Below, in pieces: positions 58,904 through 64,000 of a stretch of 64,000 bases of DNA. The translations under genes were made by a program, and so were the position numbers. How positions within the stretch are numbered: position 1 is the first letter of the stretch; each line of letters opens with the position of its first letter. Origin of the DNA: Harriotta raleighana (Eukaryota); the NCBI GenBank assembly GCA_050575255.1, contig JBNZDD010013702.1:93696-157695 (forward strand), given 5' to 3'. The notes beneath the pieces were generated by a model. The model saw nothing but the letters and a program-made list of their open reading frames with translations, did not search any database and was not told the DNA's origin.

Positions 58904-60084
58904 GTAGGAGGAACTGCGAGCAGGGAGTGGGTGGGGAGAGCTGTCTTGATGGGAGGGGGGGGAGGGAGGGAGCATGGAAACCCACTGTTGGTAAGTTTCA
59001 TGTGTCTGTCTCCAAAGTTTTCTTTCTTAAGCCAAATGTTTGATATACAAAGCTGACATCTTGAGAAGCAGAAACAGCACCACTCCCATGAAGCTTGCCA
59101 CCACCCGGCACACAAACAGAGGTCTCCGCGCCCTGGCTCACAGCAGCAAGTGTCCAGAGCCTCAGTCCTTTGGATGCGTTTGGTTACGGAGCAACCTATC
59201 AGTCCATCCCTTGTCAAAACTATTCACTTGCTGGAGAGTGGACAGGACAGGAAGTCATTGCTAGCTTTAAATTTGTGTGTGTGTGTGTGTGTGTGAGTAG
59301 TGGAGATATTGAATGGGATTGCTTCATTCAGGAAAATGAAGTGGAACAGCTGCTTCATAGCACTGTGTGTCACAGCGTGGACATCGATGTCAAGTGTGTG
59401 GGCAGCAGTCAACAACCTGCCTTGTCGAAGTGTCACACTGCATGCAACCGACCGCTCCTATCTGTGTCTGCTGGCTCCTGTCTTTCTGAGTGAAAGGAGA
59501 AGGGGACGTGTCTGGGGGCAGGAGCAGGAATATGGTCCTTTCGGCCGGTTTAACTCGCTGACAATTCCTTGCAATCCTCAGATGTGGGTGTTCGAGTCCT
59601 TCCGTTTGAAGTGAGAGGCACCTTTTGTGAAATGTGCCAATCAGATTGTCAGTGGCGCTGGCTGTAAGCCGTGTCCGCCAGGCCTGCTAGTTATTCAGTG
59701 GGTGTTGTGCAGTGGGTCAGCCTGCCTCGATCTCTAATCTTGTGTTTACAATACAATGCGCTCCCCGTGACGCGTTTTGAGACGTTTCGACAACATGATA
59801 AAAGCGCTGCTCCATAATTCAAGGAGAAATCTATAAGTATTAGCAATACATTCCGTAAATCACAACATTTTGATGTGGGAGCATGTGGGCAGATCCAGGG
59901 ACCTGATTTCTCGAAGCACAGCAACGGTACTCTCTGGGTTTTTAACAAAGTCAAATTAAAGACTTCGCTCGCAGCCAGTCACAAGTGAAACACACACACT
60001 CTAGTGATAGGTGAAATGACGGAACAGTGGAAATGTTACTTACAAATCCCATCCTCTGACTGCAATTAATTAACGAATGCTTAG

Positions 60085-60088
<4 letters not shown>

Positions 60089-60125
<37 letters not shown>

Positions 60126-60133
60126 AACACACA
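60089..60133. repeat. Compound (CT)n(CA)n microsatellite
   Basis: Read directly; other dinucleotide runs at about 2525-2555, 36612-36662, 51086-51110 and 59274-59295. Confidence 0.9.
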
Positions 60134-63100
60134 CCTGCTGGGAGCTACCGATTGCTTTTTTTTTAGCACTGTTTATATAGTAGTTCTGGGTGGGACGACA
60201 GCCGGCTTAACAGGTAGCAAAGGACAATTGAATGTTAATGACTGAGCTTGGTAAGCATCCCTTTGTCTCTGTGTCTCAGTCAATGAACAGTCTTCTAGGC
60301 AAAGGAACACTTACACTAGAGATCACTACATGTGAGGTGAAGAAATTTGCCTACGGTTTAGCCCTGCCCGGTAATCAAATCCAGGCTCTCTTGCTTGTGA
60401 GGCAAGTGCACTATCCACTACAAAGCTGCAGAGCTCCTCAATGCGATGGGTATAAATGGGCAGCAATGCCGTTTTATTCTGGGTATGATCTAAATGATCA
60501 TCTCTTACAGTCAGACAGCTGATGATAATAATAATACTAATAATAATTGCTGCATCTTCGAGACGTCACATAACTGTTCGCGGGATACACTGTAAAATGC
60601 GGCATAGTGGCGCTGCTCACATTCCCTCTCTTGTTACTGCATTCTGTGTGTGCTTAGCTGCTTTGCTGCTTTGCTGTGGGACGGGGCAGATCAGCAAACA
60701 GCCCATTGTGGTCGCTGAAGCCTTAGAGCAGACCCAGGTTTATGCACCGTTGCTTGAGAATGAGGATTTGGCTGCCCTCCGAAAATCGAGCCCTTAACAA
60801 AGTTCAAGCTGCAGGCTTGGCTTGGTTCAGATCAGGTCAGGTCGGGTCAGGTCTCTCCCAGGCTTCAAGCTCTGACATCAGGAACGCACCAACTGAACAA
60901 ACAAGATCAGCGTTAGCCACCTGAAGTCACAGGGACCCCAAATCAGACCACTCGCCCTCACTGCCAGCTGTTTCACAAGGGACGCAAACTGGAAAGGTTG
61001 CAGAGGCTCAGCACTGAACTGAATAGTACCCGTTGTAGCTCAGTGGTTAGAGCACTCACCTCATGAGTATCTTTCATGTCAGGAGGATGCCCCAAAGCAC
61101 TTCACAAGATTTTACTGTAAAGTTTAGTGACTTGGTAATTTGTAGGCGAACCAAGCAGCCAATCGGGCCAAGCCAGTGCAGTCAGATCTTTTATTTTGTT
61201 GGAACAAGACACAAGGTAATAGCAAAGGTAAAGAAAAGAGCAACACAACTGACTCGAAGACTGGTGGGGCTGGGCTGGGAAGGAAGATTAACAAAATTTA
61301 AGCTTCTCAGACATCACCAAAGCAAACAAAATATTGAATGGCGTAGATCAGGGGATGGCATCAAAGTGACCCGAGATGGAATGGAGGGTGCAAACGTTGA
61401 TAGGTGAAAAGTACATTTTGAATGGATATCGTGAAAATTTTCACTCGGGAATGCAGCAACCAAGCAGCCAGACATTAGGCTAAACACTGGAGTTATTTCC
61501 AATACAATTAGACAGGAATCGAACCTAGATGCTCTCAGTACTGGCCTCCAAAATAGTAATGTGACGTCTTCCTGACGTGAAAGCGCTCGACAAGTGTTGT
61601 TGTTGTTGTAACGACAGGGTAGCATCCATTTTTAAAGCCACAGGTGGAGCAAACTTTAAATGTCTCCTCCGGTTAATTTGGTCTTGTCTCTCAGCCATAT
61701 TCCTGGTCGCAAGGCAGCTTTACTGCCAGCTGTGGGGGAGGCCAGGGTGGTGGGGGGGCAGAGAGAGAGAGAGAGAGGGGGAAAGTGCACTCCTCTTCTG
61801 ATTGTACACACTGCTTTGTGCAAGCAAAGCACATCTGGTTAGCCCTGGCCCTTTGCTGCCCAGGCACCGTGTACTATTCAGGGAGCTGCGGTGGCTGGTA
61901 TTCCAAGTTCAGCACATCCAGCTCCGCAGTGTGCTCCTTCGCTTCCCTCCTTCCCCTTCCCCTTAACACCCCTTCCCTCCCCCCCCCTTTTCCTTTAATT
62001 AAATAAACTGCTGCTGATGGGAAGCTCAGTATCCGTGGCCTGGCGGCTCGTCAAAAAACGTAGCCACTTCCCGCTTGTGGAGAGGGCCCCTGTGGCCTCC
62101 CTGCAATGCTGTCAGACTTCTCAGAAATTAGCATGTGGATTAAACTCTGGCAGCCAGCACCTAGACAGCAGAGCTTTTCACGTCGGAGAGTGACTCAAGG
62201 CGCATCACAGGAACAGATGGGATCTCGAGCAGAAGGGGCAAGGGAGGGGAGGAGGCCAGAAGCAAAGAGAGCGCCGTTTTTTTCAAAAGGTGCGTTTGGG
62301 AAGCTGAGAGAGAGTCAGCAAAGCAAGCGAAAGGGGAGGGATTTAAGGAGAGAGTTCTAAACTGGCTGAAAGCTCATCCACTGATGTCGGGTTGGAGCAT
62401 GATTCAGGCCCGTGTTGGCAGAGCGGAGAGAGGGTAGAAGGCAGCGGATGACAGAGGAAGCCAGTGGATCACCTGTGGTGCCCAGGACTTCACGTCCCCT
62501 GCCTCAACTGCCCCACTTCAACCACTTTGAACCCAACCCTCTAGAACTCCATCACACAGTTCCTCCGCCTCACCCTATTATCTGCCTTCTTCAAATCATA
62601 CCTCAAAGACCCCCCTCTTCGACCAATCTACTCCTCCCAGCCCTCCATCCTCCCCAATCCCCAGCCCCAGCTCAGGTCCAAAATACTATCTATCCAATGC
62701 CTTGGGATGTTCTACTGATGTGAAAAGCGCTGTATAAATATAATTTTTCTGTTATTGGTGTATCTCTGTACTTAGGAATGAGTGATGGGGAAGGAAAATA
62801 TCATCCAGGGCACCTGCTCCTGATTGCTTTGTAAATACAATCGAATAAAATACAAACACATTTGTTTAGCGCGTTTCACATCGGGAGGACATCAACACAC
62901 AGACTGTGTATTCAGCTGCGTATGCTGAGAACAGTGGAGAGCCAGGTTGGGCTCCACTGTTATGTCCTCATGGTCACATAGCCACAATAATCCATCAAAG
63001 AGTTAACGCCTTTGAGAAGGAAGAGGAGAAAATTGTCTAAAAGAAACCTCAGAAATGTCACTGAGTCTATCTTTAAAGATCTCTAAATCTAGCAATCTTT

Positions 63101-63312
63101 CCACTGCGTCACATCAGAAAGATGCGGGGAAGGTTTGCTATTTCTAGCCGTGCATTGTCCCCATGGCTTGAACATGCTGAGACGTCAGTTTCTCAAGAAA
63201 GGGCATTCTTCAGCTGTGACCGCACCGCTGCGGCTTTTGGTCTGGAGGCGAACAGTTCAGGGCTGGAAATGGGAAATCGTGAAGCAGAACGCTTCCTTCT
63301 GATCTTAGAATA

Positions 63313-63760
63313 TAACAACAACAACAACAAAACAACAACAACAACAGGAGGAGGACGTCCCAAGACGCTGGACAGATTGCTTCAGGACCCGAGCAAGGGA
63401 AAATGTTCAGGGCGAGGAGGGGTAGGGTGGGAGCAAGGAGGGGGTAGAGACTCGAGAGGGGAGTTGAAGGCACGGGCGAGGAGAAAGGTCAGAGGATGGG
63501 GAAAGTGCGATCAGAAATGCAGTTGAAGAGGGAGTCTGCAGGCGTGAACTGAAGATGGGGAAGGGCGGGTGGAGAGGGGCAAGACAAGAGGGATTGAGGG
63601 AAAGAGTTCCAGAGTTTTAGGAGCTTAGTGGCTGAAAGCGTGATCGACGATAATAGGAAGGGACAAGCAGGAGCTGGAGCTGGTTGGGTGGAGGCGATGG
63701 GTATTTGATTGGGAAATAAGCAGGTCTGAGAGGTAGGGAGGTGCCTGGGCATGAAGATAT
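63313..63760 (-). mobile_element. L2 LINE 3' fragment (same family as 11690-12366)
   Basis: (AAC)n, ggaggacgtcccaagacgctggacaga, gacccgagcaaggga..aaatgttc, gactcgagaggggagttgaaggcacgg mirror 12150-12366. Confidence 0.88.
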
Positions 63761-63783
63761 TTGTAGGTGAGATTTGAAATCGG

Positions 63784-64000
63784 TGTCAGCCTGACTCAGT
63801 AGATAGCACCCTCTTGCCTCTGAGTCAGATGGTTGTGGCTTTACATCAAGAGTACTCAGATGTAGTGATGGCTGAACCCTGCTTTGTTGGGAGTTTTTGC
63901 TGTGCTTTAGATGAGATGTTCAACTGAGATCCCATCTGCCTGTTCAAATGCACCTTAAAGATCCCACAGTACTATTCTCCCAGTATCCTGGCCAACAAAA
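63784..64000 (+). mobile_element. Older Deu-domain SINE (SacSINE1-like), runs off the window end
   Basis: tgtcagcctgactcagtagatagcaccctcttgcctctgagtcaga head; agatgagatgttcaactgag..taaagatcccacagtactatt..cctggccaa. Confidence 0.82.

Noticed and set aside
59438-59493. ACNRPLL.. as the next EXD3 exon after FSRCQ
   Set aside because: There is no AG acceptor or pyrimidine tract in front, the frame stops after a few codons, and there is no similarity beyond ACN.

Overview
Vertebrate nuclear DNA, most likely a cartilaginous fish (chimaera/elephant-shark-like). The organism is inferred only from the repeat families. The window holds 16 consecutive internal coding exons (10911-58903, + strand, 2181 nt = 727 codons) of EXD3, the Mut-7/Nibbler-family 3'-5' exonuclease. 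All introns are GT-AG with compatible phases, the DEDDy catalytic motifs are intact, and most of the Mut7-C domain is present. I could not find the start-codon exons or the terminal zinc-ribbon exon(s); they are probably outside the window. The introns are dense with tRNA-headed Deu-domain SINEs (two families), 5'-truncated L2 and CR1 LINE ends, two TA-flanked pogo/Tigger-like MITEs and microsatellites, and there is one 10-N gap. Nearly all other ORFs in the track are spurious or repeat-derived. The best leads are: a unique inverted repeat bracketing an in-frame two-exon module (circRNA or double-skipping candidate); an unidentified ancient dispersed repeat; a MITE carrying a 29-bp minisatellite; a strong CTCF motif; and several repeat-free, motif-rich intronic islands that may be enhancers for the neighbouring Notch target NRARP. 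I found no evidence for a new multi-gene system. All identifications are by eye and from memory of the families; no searches were run.
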